Source of the DNA: an uncultured Verrucomicrobiae bacterium | GTDB taxonomy: Bacteria > Verrucomicrobiota > Verrucomicrobiia > Chthoniobacterales > UBA10450 | Assembly: GCA_963735805.1 (NCBI GenBank) | Contig: CAVTMK010000004.1 | Coordinates: 384,001 to 448,000 of the forward strand | Direction of reading: 5' to 3' | Length of the DNA stretch: 64,000 bases | Part shown: in pieces, positions 10,652 to 19,225 of the stretch | Numbering within the stretch: position 1 is the stretch's first letter | How the letters are laid out: the number at the start of each line of letters is the position of its first letter | Translations under genes and position numbers: made by a program | Notes under the pieces: model-generated | Told to the model about the DNA's origin: nothing | The model's input: the letters and a program-made list of their open reading frames with translations, nothing else | The model's database searches: none

Positions 10652-11434
10652 ATGACTCGGCTCGATAAACTGGAACGGCGCTTCGGTTTTCTCGGCATCC
10701 CAGGGCTGATGCGCATCGTGGTTGCCTTTACCGCACTGACTTTTTTGCTGGTCCGTCTGAGTCCTGGTTTTCGTTTCATGCTTGACCTCGATCCCGGGCG
10801 GATTCGCCACGGCGAAGTCTGGCGACTGATCACGTACATTTTTCTTCCGCAGACCGACAGCTTTTTGTGGGTTTTCCTTCTCCTTTGGTTTCTCTGGTTC
10901 ATCGGAGAAGGCCTGGAACAGGCATGGGGCGCGTTCCGGCTAACGCTTTATTTCATCGTCGGGATGATCGGCACGACGGTGGCCGCATTTTTCTTCGGGG
11001 CGCGTTTCTCCAACTCCATGTTGTACGCGTCGTTGTTTTTCGCGTTCGCGCGGTTTTATCCCGATCAGGTCATTTATTTGTTTTTTGTCTTGCCGGCGAA
11101 AATCAAATGGATCGCCTGGATCTCGGCGGCGTTCTTGTTGTTCGGCTTTGTTGTCGGCACGAATTCCTATCGCATGGCCCTGGTGGCTGCCCTGGCCAAT
11201 TATTTAATCTTTTTTGGGCCGGAAATTATTCATGATGCCCGGCATCGCGGCGAAGTTTCGGCGCGAAGAAAGCGCTATGCGCAGAGTTCTCGAAGCGAAG
11301 CCGAGCCGCTTCACAAATGCGCTGTGTGCGGCGCGACCGAATTAAGCGATCCGAATCTGGACTTTCGCGTGGCCCGCGATGGCGAGGAATACTGTATGGC
11401 GCATTTACCGAAAGTGGCGACGCCCGCGCAGTAG
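10652..11434 (+). CDS. Rhomboid-like membrane protein with C-terminal Cys/His zinc-finger
   Basis: GEVWRLITYIF rhomboid WR motif, several TMs, C-terminal HKCAVCG...EYCMAHL. Confidence 0.7.
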   Translation: MTRLDKLERRFGFLGIPGLMRIVVAFTALTFLLVRLSPGFRFMLDLDPGRIRHGEVWRLITYIFLPQTDSFLWVFLLLWFLWFIGEGLEQAWGAFRLTLYFIVGMIGTTVAAFFFGARFSNSMLYASLFFAFARFYPDQVIYLFFVLPAKIKWIAWISAAFLLFGFVVGTNSYRMALVAALANYLIFFGPEIIHDARHRGEVSARRKRYAQSSRSEAEPLHKCAVCGATELSDPNLDFRVARDGEEYCMAHLPKVATPAQ

Positions 11435-11484
11435 CTCTTGTTGGCGCCTCGCTGTTGTCGGAGGCGTTAATCGCGTTGGACCGA

Positions 11485-11510
11485 CACGGCGACACGGTGC
11501 CGTGGCTACA
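11485..11510 (-). repeat. GTAG-type REP-like palindrome
   Basis: Minus strand TGTAG-CCACGGC-ACCGTGTC-GCCGTG. Confidence 0.55.
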
Positions 11511-11552
11511 ACACTGCTTGACCACGAGTTCCTGGATATGAAACTAACCGCA

Positions 11553-12368
11553 ATGACCGATAAGAACGTCGCACTTGTTCCCGAAGAAGGCTGGCATTGT
11601 CTGCATTTGTTTTATCGAATCGAGTACGGCCAATGGCAATTACTGAGCCGTGAAGAACAAACTGCCGCAAAAACAAATCTGTCGTCACTCGTACAGGAAG
11701 TGCGTGCGATGGAGTCGACTCAGTTGCTCGTGCTTGGTGTGGTGACGCCGAAAGCAGACCTCGGTTTCATGTTGATCACGCCCGACCTGCATAATGCAAA
11801 CAAAATCGAAAAGCGCCTCTCGCTTTCGTTAGGCGCAGACGTGCTGACTCCTGTTTACAGTTATCTGTCGCTTACCGAGGAAAGCGAATATATCACGCGC
11901 GAAAACGAGTACGCACAGACATTGGAGCCCGGTGTGCGGAAAGATCCCACTGAACTCGATCGAGCACTGGCAACATTTCGCGAGCGAATGAAGCATTACC
12001 GACAGGAGCGCGTTTATCCAACGCTGCCGGATTGGCCGGTCGTGTGCTTTTATAACATGAGCAAACGCCGGGGCGAACAGCGGAATTGGTACGCGCTGCC
12101 GTATGATGAGCGCCGCAAACTGATGAAAGGACACGCCGCGGTCGGACGCGAGTTCGCCGGTAAAGTGAAACAGCTCATCACGGGTTCGACTGGTCTTGAT
12201 GATGCCGAGTGGGGCGTAACGCTGTTTGCGCGCGATACATTCCAGATCAAGGCGATCGTCTACAAAATGCGTTTCGATCCGGTAAGCGCTGAGTACGCGG
12301 ACTTCGGCGAATTTTACATCGGCATTCAACTGCCACTCGATGAATTGTTCCGGCGACTGCAGCTGTAG
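11553..12368 (+). CDS. hemQ: Coproheme decarboxylase (chlorite dismutase family)
   Basis: EGWHCLHLFY, KADLGFM, YNMSKRR (Y-x-x-x-K), NWYALP, proximal His in LMKGH, KQLITGSTGLDDAEWGV, MRFDPVSAEYADFG; start 11538 or 11553. Confidence 0.88.
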   Translation: MTDKNVALVPEEGWHCLHLFYRIEYGQWQLLSREEQTAAKTNLSSLVQEVRAMESTQLLVLGVVTPKADLGFMLITPDLHNANKIEKRLSLSLGADVLTPVYSYLSLTEESEYITRENEYAQTLEPGVRKDPTELDRALATFRERMKHYRQERVYPTLPDWPVVCFYNMSKRRGEQRNWYALPYDERRKLMKGHAAVGREFAGKVKQLITGSTGLDDAEWGVTLFARDTFQIKAIVYKMRFDPVSAEYADFGEFYIGIQLPLDELFRRLQL

Positions 12369-12436
12369 CGGCGCTCCGAATAGCGAATACAGATGCGACG
12401 ATCCTGGACCGACACTACCATTGAGGTCGCTCTAGA

Positions 12437-12521
12437 GGATGGGTGACAGAGCGGTCTATTGTGCACGCCTGGAAAGCGTGTGTGCCGAAAGGCACCGGGG
12501 GTTCGAATCCCCCCCCATCCG
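12437..12521 (+). tRNA. tRNA-Ser (anticodon GGA)
   Basis: Acceptor stem GGATGGG/CCCATCC, anticodon arm CACGC-CTGGAAA-GCGTG, long variable arm GTGCC-GAAA-GGCAC, T-loop GTTCGAATC; CCA not encoded. Confidence 0.97.
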
Positions 12522-12561
12522 CGTTGACCTCGTGATTTGGTCCTCCCGTCAGTCGTTGACG

Positions 12562-13242
12562 CTAACGGGGGCGTTGTTCGACTACCTGCAGTTCCTGTCG
12601 CAGCTTGACCACGCTGCCGTCAGGAAGGACACCGCGAAAGTTTACGCTGGGATAAATCATGCAATCGCGTCCGATGACTGAGCCGGGATTGATCACCGCA
12701 TTGCAGCCGATTTCTGTGCGATCGCCAACGATTGCGCCGAATTTTCTAAGGCCTGTCGGAATGTGGCCATCGGACGTTACGACTGCAATTTCGGCGTGAT
12801 CTAGCTTTACATTTGAGAGAATCGCGCCTGCTCCCAGATGGGCGTGATGACCAATGATCGAATCACCCACGTAGTTGAAGTGCGGGACCTGCACTTCATC
12901 GAACAGGATGGAGTTTTTGAATTCGCACGAATTGCCCATGACTACGCCATCGCCAACGATCACGTTCTCGCGCACGTAGCAGCCGCTGCGAATATGGCAA
13001 TTGTCGCCGATCCATGCAGGACCCTTCAACACCGCGCCTTGTTCGACGACCGTACCTCTGCCAATGAAAACATGGTTGCTTATAAACGGCTTGCCCATGA
13101 GCTCGCCCAGGATGGCGGGCTTTAGGCGAAATTGCAGGTAACTGGCAATTTGTTTGAGCGCATCCCAGACGTAATTCTGTTTTTCGAACAACTTCGGATG
13201 AGCCGTGTGTTCAAGATTAAGAAAATCGGATGGCGCAAACAT
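12562..13242 (-). CDS. Hexapeptide-repeat (LbH) acyltransferase resembling the acetyltransferase half of GlmU
   Basis: GPAWIGDNCHIRSGCYVR, EFKNS, PHFNYVGDSIIG and KFGAIVGD; no N-terminal nucleotidyltransferase domain. Confidence 0.8.
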   Translation of the reverse strand: MFAPSDFLNLEHTAHPKLFEKQNYVWDALKQIASYLQFRLKPAILGELMGKPFISNHVFIGRGTVVEQGAVLKGPAWIGDNCHIRSGCYVRENVIVGDGVVMGNSCEFKNSILFDEVQVPHFNYVGDSIIGHHAHLGAGAILSNVKLDHAEIAVVTSDGHIPTGLRKFGAIVGDRTEIGCNAVINPGSVIGRDCMIYPSVNFRGVLPDGSVVKLRQELQVVEQRPR

Positions 13243-13297
13243 TTTCAATGCTCAAGATGACGAATGCATCCGCTGGTTGCTAGCGCAAATTCTGCGG

Positions 13298-14716
13298 TCA
13301 AGGCGCTTCACGCGCCGACAGTTTTGGGCCGTCTTTGCTGTCGCGCACTTCCCAGCCTAGCGCAGAAATTTGATCGCGGAGTTCGTCGCTTCGTTTCCAA
13401 TCCTTTCCGCGTCGTGCTTCCTCGCGCTCCTTTGCTAACTGCGCTACTTCTTGTGGCACCTCAACCTTTGTGTCGGGTTCGAGATCGAGAACAGTGTTGA
13501 TTCGCTTCCACCAGTCCAGCCATGCCTTCGCCGACGCGGCGTCGAGATTGTTTTCATCCATCGCGCGGTTCGTGTCGCGAATCGATTCGAACAGGAATCC
13601 CAATGCCGCGGAAATGTTCAGATCGTCATCGAGCGCTTCTTCAAACTTCTGCGTTGGATGTTGGGCATCGTGGGTCGGGCCTTGGATGTTCTCTTTTTCT
13701 GCAACTTCGCGCAAACGTTGCAGCCACTCATCAATCCGGCCTAAAGACTCGCGCGTCTCTTTCATTCCTTCCCAGGTGAAATTGAGCGGCACGCGATAAT
13801 GTACGCGCAACAGTCCGTAACGAAGTTCGCGCCCGCTGTAACCCTTGGCCAGAACATCAGGAACAGTGTAAAAATTGCCTAACGACTTTGCCATTTTCTG
13901 GCCATCGACCAGCAAATGCGCGCAGTGCAGCCAGTAACGGACGAATTTCTTTCCGGTCACGCCTTCGCTCTGTGCGATCTCCGCTTCGTGGTGCGGAAAA
14001 ATGTTATCGACGCCGCCACAATGAATGTCGATTTCGTCTCCCAGTAACGCCGTCGCCATCGCACTGCATTCGATATGCCAGCCCGGCCGACCCACCCCCC
14101 ATGGCGAATTCCATTTTACGTCGCCATCTTCTTCATCCCACGCTTTCCAGAGCGCGAAATCGCCAATGTGTTCCTTGTCGTATTCGTCGTGCTTCACACG
14201 TCCGGTCGATTGCAATTGCGTAAGGTCGAAGTGTGCAAGCTTGCCGTAATCAGGGAATTTGTTGATGCGAAAATAAACTGATTTGTCGTCCGCTTGATAA
14301 GCGAGACCGCGCGCGATGAGCTGGCCGATCATCTCGATCATCCTGCCGATATAACGCTGGTCGGTTGCAGCCGGGAATTCATCGGCTTTTTTGATCCGCA
14401 ATGTCTCGGCGTCTCGAAAGAAGGCTTTTTTGAATTGCTCGGTGAACTTCGCCAGCGGCACTTTGGCTTCGCGTGCGCCTCGGATGGTCTTGTCATCTAC
14501 GTCTGTGATATTCATCACGCGATGCACCTTGTAACCGCGTAGTTCCAGGTGGCGCTGAAGCAAGTCTTCGAAGATGTAAGCGCGAAAATTTCCGATATGC
14601 GCGCGGCTATAGACGGTCGGCCCGCACGTGTAGATGCTGATCGGTCGCGCTTCCGGGTCGCGCGGCTCGAATTCTTCGATCTTGCGCGACCAAGTGTTAA
14701 AGAAGCGCAACGCCAT
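13298..14716 (-). CDS. cysS: Cysteine--tRNA ligase
   Basis: YTCGPTVY, HIGN, DFALWK, GRPGWHIECSAM, FPHHEAE and KMAKS motifs. Confidence 0.98.
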   Translation of the reverse strand: MALRFFNTWSRKIEEFEPRDPEARPISIYTCGPTVYSRAHIGNFRAYIFEDLLQRHLELRGYKVHRVMNITDVDDKTIRGAREAKVPLAKFTEQFKKAFFRDAETLRIKKADEFPAATDQRYIGRMIEMIGQLIARGLAYQADDKSVYFRINKFPDYGKLAHFDLTQLQSTGRVKHDEYDKEHIGDFALWKAWDEEDGDVKWNSPWGVGRPGWHIECSAMATALLGDEIDIHCGGVDNIFPHHEAEIAQSEGVTGKKFVRYWLHCAHLLVDGQKMAKSLGNFYTVPDVLAKGYSGRELRYGLLRVHYRVPLNFTWEGMKETRESLGRIDEWLQRLREVAEKENIQGPTHDAQHPTQKFEEALDDDLNISAALGFLFESIRDTNRAMDENNLDAASAKAWLDWWKRINTVLDLEPDTKVEVPQEVAQLAKEREEARRGKDWKRSDELRDQISALGWEVRDSKDGPKLSAREAP

Positions 14717-15233
14717 TAGACACTTTTTGGCGCGCCCTGCGGTCGCGCCCTACCACTTCAACGCTAGCCACCGCCATCGCGGCAATGCCTTCGCTGCGCC
14801 CGATCGCTCCGAGCTTTTCATTTGTTGTCGCTTTGATGCTTACATCGGATTCGCTGCCATCGATGGCATTCGCGATGTTCTTCCGCATCAGGGAAACGTG
14901 CGGCGTAATCTTCGGTTCTTCGGCGATGATTGTTGCATCGATGTTGAGCACTCGGGCTTTTTTTTCCGCGAGCAATTGGCCCACGTGCTTCAAAATCTCG
15001 ATGCTGCTGATGCCCCGAATGGACTCGTCCGTATTTGGGAAATGTTGACCAATGTCGCCGGCGCCGATTGCGCCCAGTATGGCGTCAGCGATCGCGTGAG
15101 ACAAGACGTCTGCGTCCGAGTGTCCTTCCAAGCCGCGCGAGTGCGCGATCTCGACGCCGCCAAGAATCAGTTTTCGGCCTTCAGCGAGCCGATGTACGTC
15201 GTAGCCAATTCCGCATCGAATCATCGCCATCAC
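14697..15233 (-). CDS. ispF: 2-C-methyl-D-erythritol 2,4-cyclodiphosphate synthase
   Basis: GIGYDVHRL, GHSDADV, GDIGQHFP and KATTNEKLG motifs; start may be 15224. Confidence 0.97.
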   Translation of the reverse strand: MMAMIRCGIGYDVHRLAEGRKLILGGVEIAHSRGLEGHSDADVLSHAIADAILGAIGAGDIGQHFPNTDESIRGISSIEILKHVGQLLAEKKARVLNIDATIIAEEPKITPHVSLMRKNIANAIDGSESDVSIKATTNEKLGAIGRSEGIAAMAVASVEVVGRDRRARQKVSNGVALL

Positions 15234-15976
15234 AGTTTGAGATTAATAACGCCGTTCGACGCAATGATACTGTATTTGTCTTTCATGTCCTCGCGTGGGC
15301 GAAGATCGACAGTTCCACCGGCGTTTTCAACCAGCAGCCAGCCGGCTGCGATGTCCCACAGGCTGATTCCCTTCTCAATGTAAGCGTCGAGCCGTCCGCA
15401 GGCGACATAAGCCAAGTCGAGAGCAGCGCTGCCGAGCACCCGGCATTTACGCACGCGATGAATCATTTGTTGAAGCAATGGAAAATTTGTGTCGATCGTC
15501 TCTTGGGTTTTCGCGAGCCCGATCGAGACGACGGCTTCGGCGAGATCTGCGCGATCGCTCACGTGAAAAGGATCGCCATTTAATTTTGGGATCTCACCCT
15601 TTTGTCCTTTCCACAGCTCACGGCGCATGGGGTCGTAGATAACGCCAACCATAACCTCGTTGCGAAGACGCAACGCAATCGAGACGCAGAAATGCGGAAT
15701 GCCATAGAAATAATTCACGGTGCCATCAAGCGGGTCGACGACCCATTGGTGGTCGCTGGATTGATCGCCCACGATTCCTTCTTCGCCGTAAAGCGCATGC
15801 TTGGGAAATTCTTTGAGAAGCAGCCTGGTGATTAGCTCCTGTGTCTGAATATCGATCTCCAGCTTGATATCGTGAGCAGCGACGGCGTTGACCCGCTGCG
15901 GCCGCCGGAAATTTTTCCGAAGCAATTTGCCTGCTGCGCGCGCAGCCTTTTCAGCGGCATCCAGATAATGCTTCAC
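15230..15976 (-). CDS. suhB: Inositol monophosphatase family protein
   Basis: GEE, WVVDPLDGTVNY, GSAALDLAYVACGRLD and WDIAAG motifs; probable GTG start. Confidence 0.9.
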   Translation of the reverse strand: MKHYLDAAEKAARAAGKLLRKNFRRPQRVNAVAAHDIKLEIDIQTQELITRLLLKEFPKHALYGEEGIVGDQSSDHQWVVDPLDGTVNYFYGIPHFCVSIALRLRNEVMVGVIYDPMRRELWKGQKGEIPKLNGDPFHVSDRADLAEAVVSIGLAKTQETIDTNFPLLQQMIHRVRKCRVLGSAALDLAYVACGRLDAYIEKGISLWDIAAGWLLVENAGGTVDLRPREDMKDKYSIIASNGVINLKL

Positions 15977-16111
15977 GATCAGACACAAATAGAATTGCGC
16001 TCGCACTCTGCCAAACGATTAGTTGTGGCCGGCGCCCCGCGGGGTGGGGTGATGCGCAAAGTGCGATACATGTCAGCAGGACGCTTCTCACAGGGCGCGG
16101 TAACCGGAGGC

Positions 16112-16148
16112 AAAAAAAACCGGGAGGAAAAATTGATTCTCCTCCCGG
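16112..16148 (-). terminator. Strong rho-independent terminator downstream of the microprotein ORF
   Basis: Minus strand CCGGGAGGA-GAATCAATTTT-TCCTCCCGG-TTTTTTTT. Confidence 0.85.
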
Positions 16149-16207
16149 GGTTGAAGTTAGGGTTCTGGCTCCGAAAGCCTTCGGAGCCGTTAATCAAGCG
16201 TGGGGCG

Positions 16208-16264
16208 TTAGTGCCTCTTTTTCTTCGCTGATTTTTTCTTTGCTGCTTTTTTCTTCTTTGCCAT
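16208..16264 (-). CDS. 18-aa lysine-rich microprotein MAKKKKAAKKKSAKKKRH
   Basis: ATG...TAA read by hand; purine-rich RBS GAAAGGGGGG 9 nt upstream; downstream hairpin (16167-16188) and terminator. Confidence 0.7.
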   Translation of the reverse strand: MAKKKKAAKKKSAKKKRH

Positions 16265-16340
16265 CGACTAATTCCCCCCTTTCATCCGCAACACGCGCGG
16301 AACTCTGTGAAGAGTTGGGAATGACTTCACTTAAACGAGT

Positions 16341-17008
16341 TCAGTTAATCATCACATTTTTTTTGTCAAACACTTTTGTTGTGAAATTTGAAAATATTTT
16401 TATGAGCTCGCGCGCGATAATTTTTTTTGGCGCGCGAGAAATTTTCTTTTTTTCGCCATTTCGAAACAAAATCGTAACTTCATTCAAGTCGCTTTCCATT
16501 CCCGAATTTGTGCCGCTAACGTCGTTTGCGACCATGATGTCACATTTCTTTGCGCGCAGTTTTTTCATGGCATTTTCTTCCATGTGATCTGTTTCCGCAG
16601 CGAAACCCACGAGAACGAATTGTCGGTCGTGTCGATGGCCTAACGAATCGAGGATGTCCGTGTGGGAATTAACTCGAGCGAAAAGTGCGCCGGGCGCTTC
16701 TTGATTTTTGTCGACGAAAGATTGGCGGGTTTGTAATCCGCGACCGCGGCGCACAACACGCAGATATCGCATTTGTCGACATGCTGGTGTACCGCCTCGA
16801 ACATTTCGTCGCTGGTCAAAACAGGAATCAGCTTCGCGCCGCCTGGCGCTTCGAGGATCACCGGACCTGAAACCAACGTGACATCGTGCCCTTCAGCGAG
16901 AGTCGCTTCGGCGATGGCGTAGCCCATTTTTCCGGATGAGCGATTCGAAATGTAACGAACCGGATCGATCGGCTCACGTGTGGGGCCGGCCGTGATGAGG
17001 AATCTCAC
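16341..17008 (-). pseudogene. coaB: Phosphopantothenate--cysteine ligase CoaB, interrupted by a 1-nt frameshift near 16659 (real lesion or sequencing error)
   Basis: 5' ORF has TAGPTREPIDPVRYISNRSSGKMG and AAVADY; 3' ORF has DIL...VGFAAET, KKCDIMVAND and NEVTI. Adding one G (CGG GAC) joins them as LELIPTRDILDSL. Confidence 0.85.
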
Positions 17009-17637
17009 GCGATCAAATTATCCTGACGCGCGAGCAGGAACTCCGCGCGGAACGCGATGTCGTTCACTTTCCAAAGTCTGCCAATGCCTTCGTAGCCGCA
17101 CGCAAGCATTCCTTCTTCGGGGCCTATAAATTCGACGCCGCGCGCTTTCAATTTTTCCACGTTTTCCACTGTGGCTGGATGTTCCCACATTTTTCCATTC
17201 ATGGCCGGCGCGAGCAGAATGGGAGCACGGGTTGCGAGCGCGATCGCCGCAAGGGGGTGATCGGCCAGCCCATGCGCGAGCTCGGCGATGATTTGCGCTG
17301 TCGCCGGCGCGATCAAAAACAAGTTTGCGCGATCGGCGAGCTCGATGTGCCCGGGCCGCCAACTTTCTTTTTCGTCGAAGAAACTGGTTGTGACCGGATT
17401 TTTTGAAAGAGTTTGCAACGTAAGGGGAGAAATAAATTCAGTCGCATCCTGCGTCATAACGACAAAGACTTCGTGGCCTTGTTTGACCAGCAAACTAGCG
17501 AGCTCGGCTGACTTGTATGCGGCAATCGATCCCGTTACCCCGAGCACGACCGATTTCGTGCCCGGCCGAATGCGCACAACCTTTCGCGCGCTCGCTTTAT
17601 CGCGTCTTTTTTTGGAATCTCTGCCTTCTGCAATCAT
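17005..17637 (-). CDS. coaC: Phosphopantothenoylcysteine decarboxylase (flavoprotein)
   Basis: GVTGSIAAYK, HIELAD, APATA, APAMNGKMW and LACGYEGIGRL; separate from coaB rather than fused. Confidence 0.93.
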   Translation of the reverse strand: MIAEGRDSKKRRDKASARKVVRIRPGTKSVVLGVTGSIAAYKSAELASLLVKQGHEVFVVMTQDATEFISPLTLQTLSKNPVTTSFFDEKESWRPGHIELADRANLFLIAPATAQIIAELAHGLADHPLAAIALATRAPILLAPAMNGKMWEHPATVENVEKLKARGVEFIGPEEGMLACGYEGIGRLWKVNDIAFRAEFLLARQDNLIA

Positions 17638-18245
17638 TTCTCGATCAAACGCCGGCTCAAATGGCCTTCTGCTTCCATGATTTGCTGGAACCCCTGCAAA
17701 TCTTCCTCCACCGATCCACTAATAATAGTATAGCGATAATCACGCCAATGTTCCATTTCGCGGGCGGCGGTGGCGATGCGGGAATCGATCTGCTCCGCAG
17801 TCTCCGTTCCGCGCTTGAAGAGGCGCCTCCGCAATTCGTCGAGGTCGGGGGGCATGATGAAAACGTCGGCTAAGGACTCTCGGATAAGCGGATCGCCGCA
17901 ACTGCGAATCACTGCAGCACCTTGCGTATCGATGTCGATCAAAACATCATTTCCGCTGTTTAGATTTGTCACGATCGGCTCGCGCAGGGTGCCGTAATGG
18001 TCCCCATGCACTTTCGCGTGCTCCAGAAAATCTCCCTTCGCCACTCGCTCCCGGAATTCTGCATCGGAAAGAAATCGATAATCCTGGCCGTCAATTTCGC
18101 CGGCGCGCGGCGCTCGCGTTGTGCAGGAGACCGAATAAAAAAGATTGGGGTTTTGACGGATTCTTTCCACCAGTGTCGTCTTGCCCGCGCCCGATGGAGC
18201 AGAAACCACAAAAAGAATTCCGTGGCGGCTGAATTTCTTACTCAA
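17634..18245 (-). CDS. gmk: Guanylate kinase
   Basis: SAPSGAGKTT, SCTTRAPRAGEIDGQDY and DIDTQGA; likely TTG start overlapping the yicC stop. Confidence 0.96.
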   Translation of the reverse strand: MSKKFSRHGILFVVSAPSGAGKTTLVERIRQNPNLFYSVSCTTRAPRAGEIDGQDYRFLSDAEFRERVAKGDFLEHAKVHGDHYGTLREPIVTNLNSGNDVLIDIDTQGAAVIRSCGDPLIRESLADVFIMPPDLDELRRRLFKRGTETAEQIDSRIATAAREMEHWRDYRYTIISGSVEEDLQGFQQIMEAEGHLSRRLIEK

Positions 18246-19113
18246 GGTTTTGGGCTTGTTCGCGAATCTTTTCCAGCTCCGCCTTGCAGGCGATGACGCG
18301 CTGAGAAATTGTCGCATCATTCGCCTTTGCGCCGAGCGTATTAAGCTCGCGAAACATTTCCTGGGCGATGAATTCCAGTGTGCGCCCGACCGGTTCTTTG
18401 CTGCGCAGATGGTGCGCAAATTGAGTGAGATGACTTTCCAGACGCGTCAGTTCCTCGGACACATCTGCGCGATCAGCAAAGAACGAGATCTCCTTTAACA
18501 AACGTTCATCGTCACTGGCAATCGGCAAACCAGCGTTGCGGATGCGATCGATAAGCACGCCACGATATCTTTTGACCACATCGGGATGAAATGCGCGGAT
18601 TTCGTTGAGTTTTTTGCGAATTGCTTTAAGGCGATGGATCAGGTCCTTGGCCAGGTGTTTGCCCTCGCGTTCACGCATGTTGATTAAATCCGCCAAAGCG
18701 CCGCGCAAAGCGCGATCGATGGCGGGCCAGGCTTCCTCAGCGTCCAACGCCTGCTCAGGCAAGCGCATCACTCCGGGCGCTTGCAGGATTGTGCTGATCG
18801 TGATTTCGCCCGGAGCGTTCAATTCCTTTTGCAAGGCACGCATCGCTTCGTGATAGGAGCGGGCCAATTCGGTGTCGAGAGCCAGGTTGCGCGAGCCGTT
18901 TGGGCCGCTGTGAAGCGCTATTGTGGCGTTGGTCCGGCCGCGCGAGATATTTTCATTGATCGTCTGGCGAATCCGCGGCTCGAGCTCGGCGAAGTCTCGC
19001 GGGAGATTCACTACGATATCGCTCTGTTTTCGGTTCACAGAGTTAAGTTCCACACTAAATTTTCTCCCGGCATAGACCCCGTCAGCCCTGCCGTATCCAG
19101 TCATGCTTCTCAT
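18238..19113 (-). CDS. yicC: YicC/YloC family endoribonuclease
   Basis: SMTGYG, SVNRK, DVSEELTRL, QEMFRELNTLGAK and KIREQAQNLE; yicC-gmk synteny. Confidence 0.95.
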   Translation of the reverse strand: MRSMTGYGRADGVYAGRKFSVELNSVNRKQSDIVVNLPRDFAELEPRIRQTINENISRGRTNATIALHSGPNGSRNLALDTELARSYHEAMRALQKELNAPGEITISTILQAPGVMRLPEQALDAEEAWPAIDRALRGALADLINMREREGKHLAKDLIHRLKAIRKKLNEIRAFHPDVVKRYRGVLIDRIRNAGLPIASDDERLLKEISFFADRADVSEELTRLESHLTQFAHHLRSKEPVGRTLEFIAQEMFRELNTLGAKANDATISQRVIACKAELEKIREQAQNLE

Positions 19114-19225
19114 AGCTCGATGGAAAAGGTTATCGCAGAGAAATATTCAAGGTTCAATCGAAAGCAATGATGCGAAGCGAAGATGACGGCGTTGAAGTAC
19201 AAGCCTCCATCCGTTATTCACGGGT

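Noticed and set aside
12437..12561. tRNA-Ser as an integration site for an island
   Set aside because: No integrase, no duplicated tRNA 3' end noticed, and housekeeping genes on both sides.
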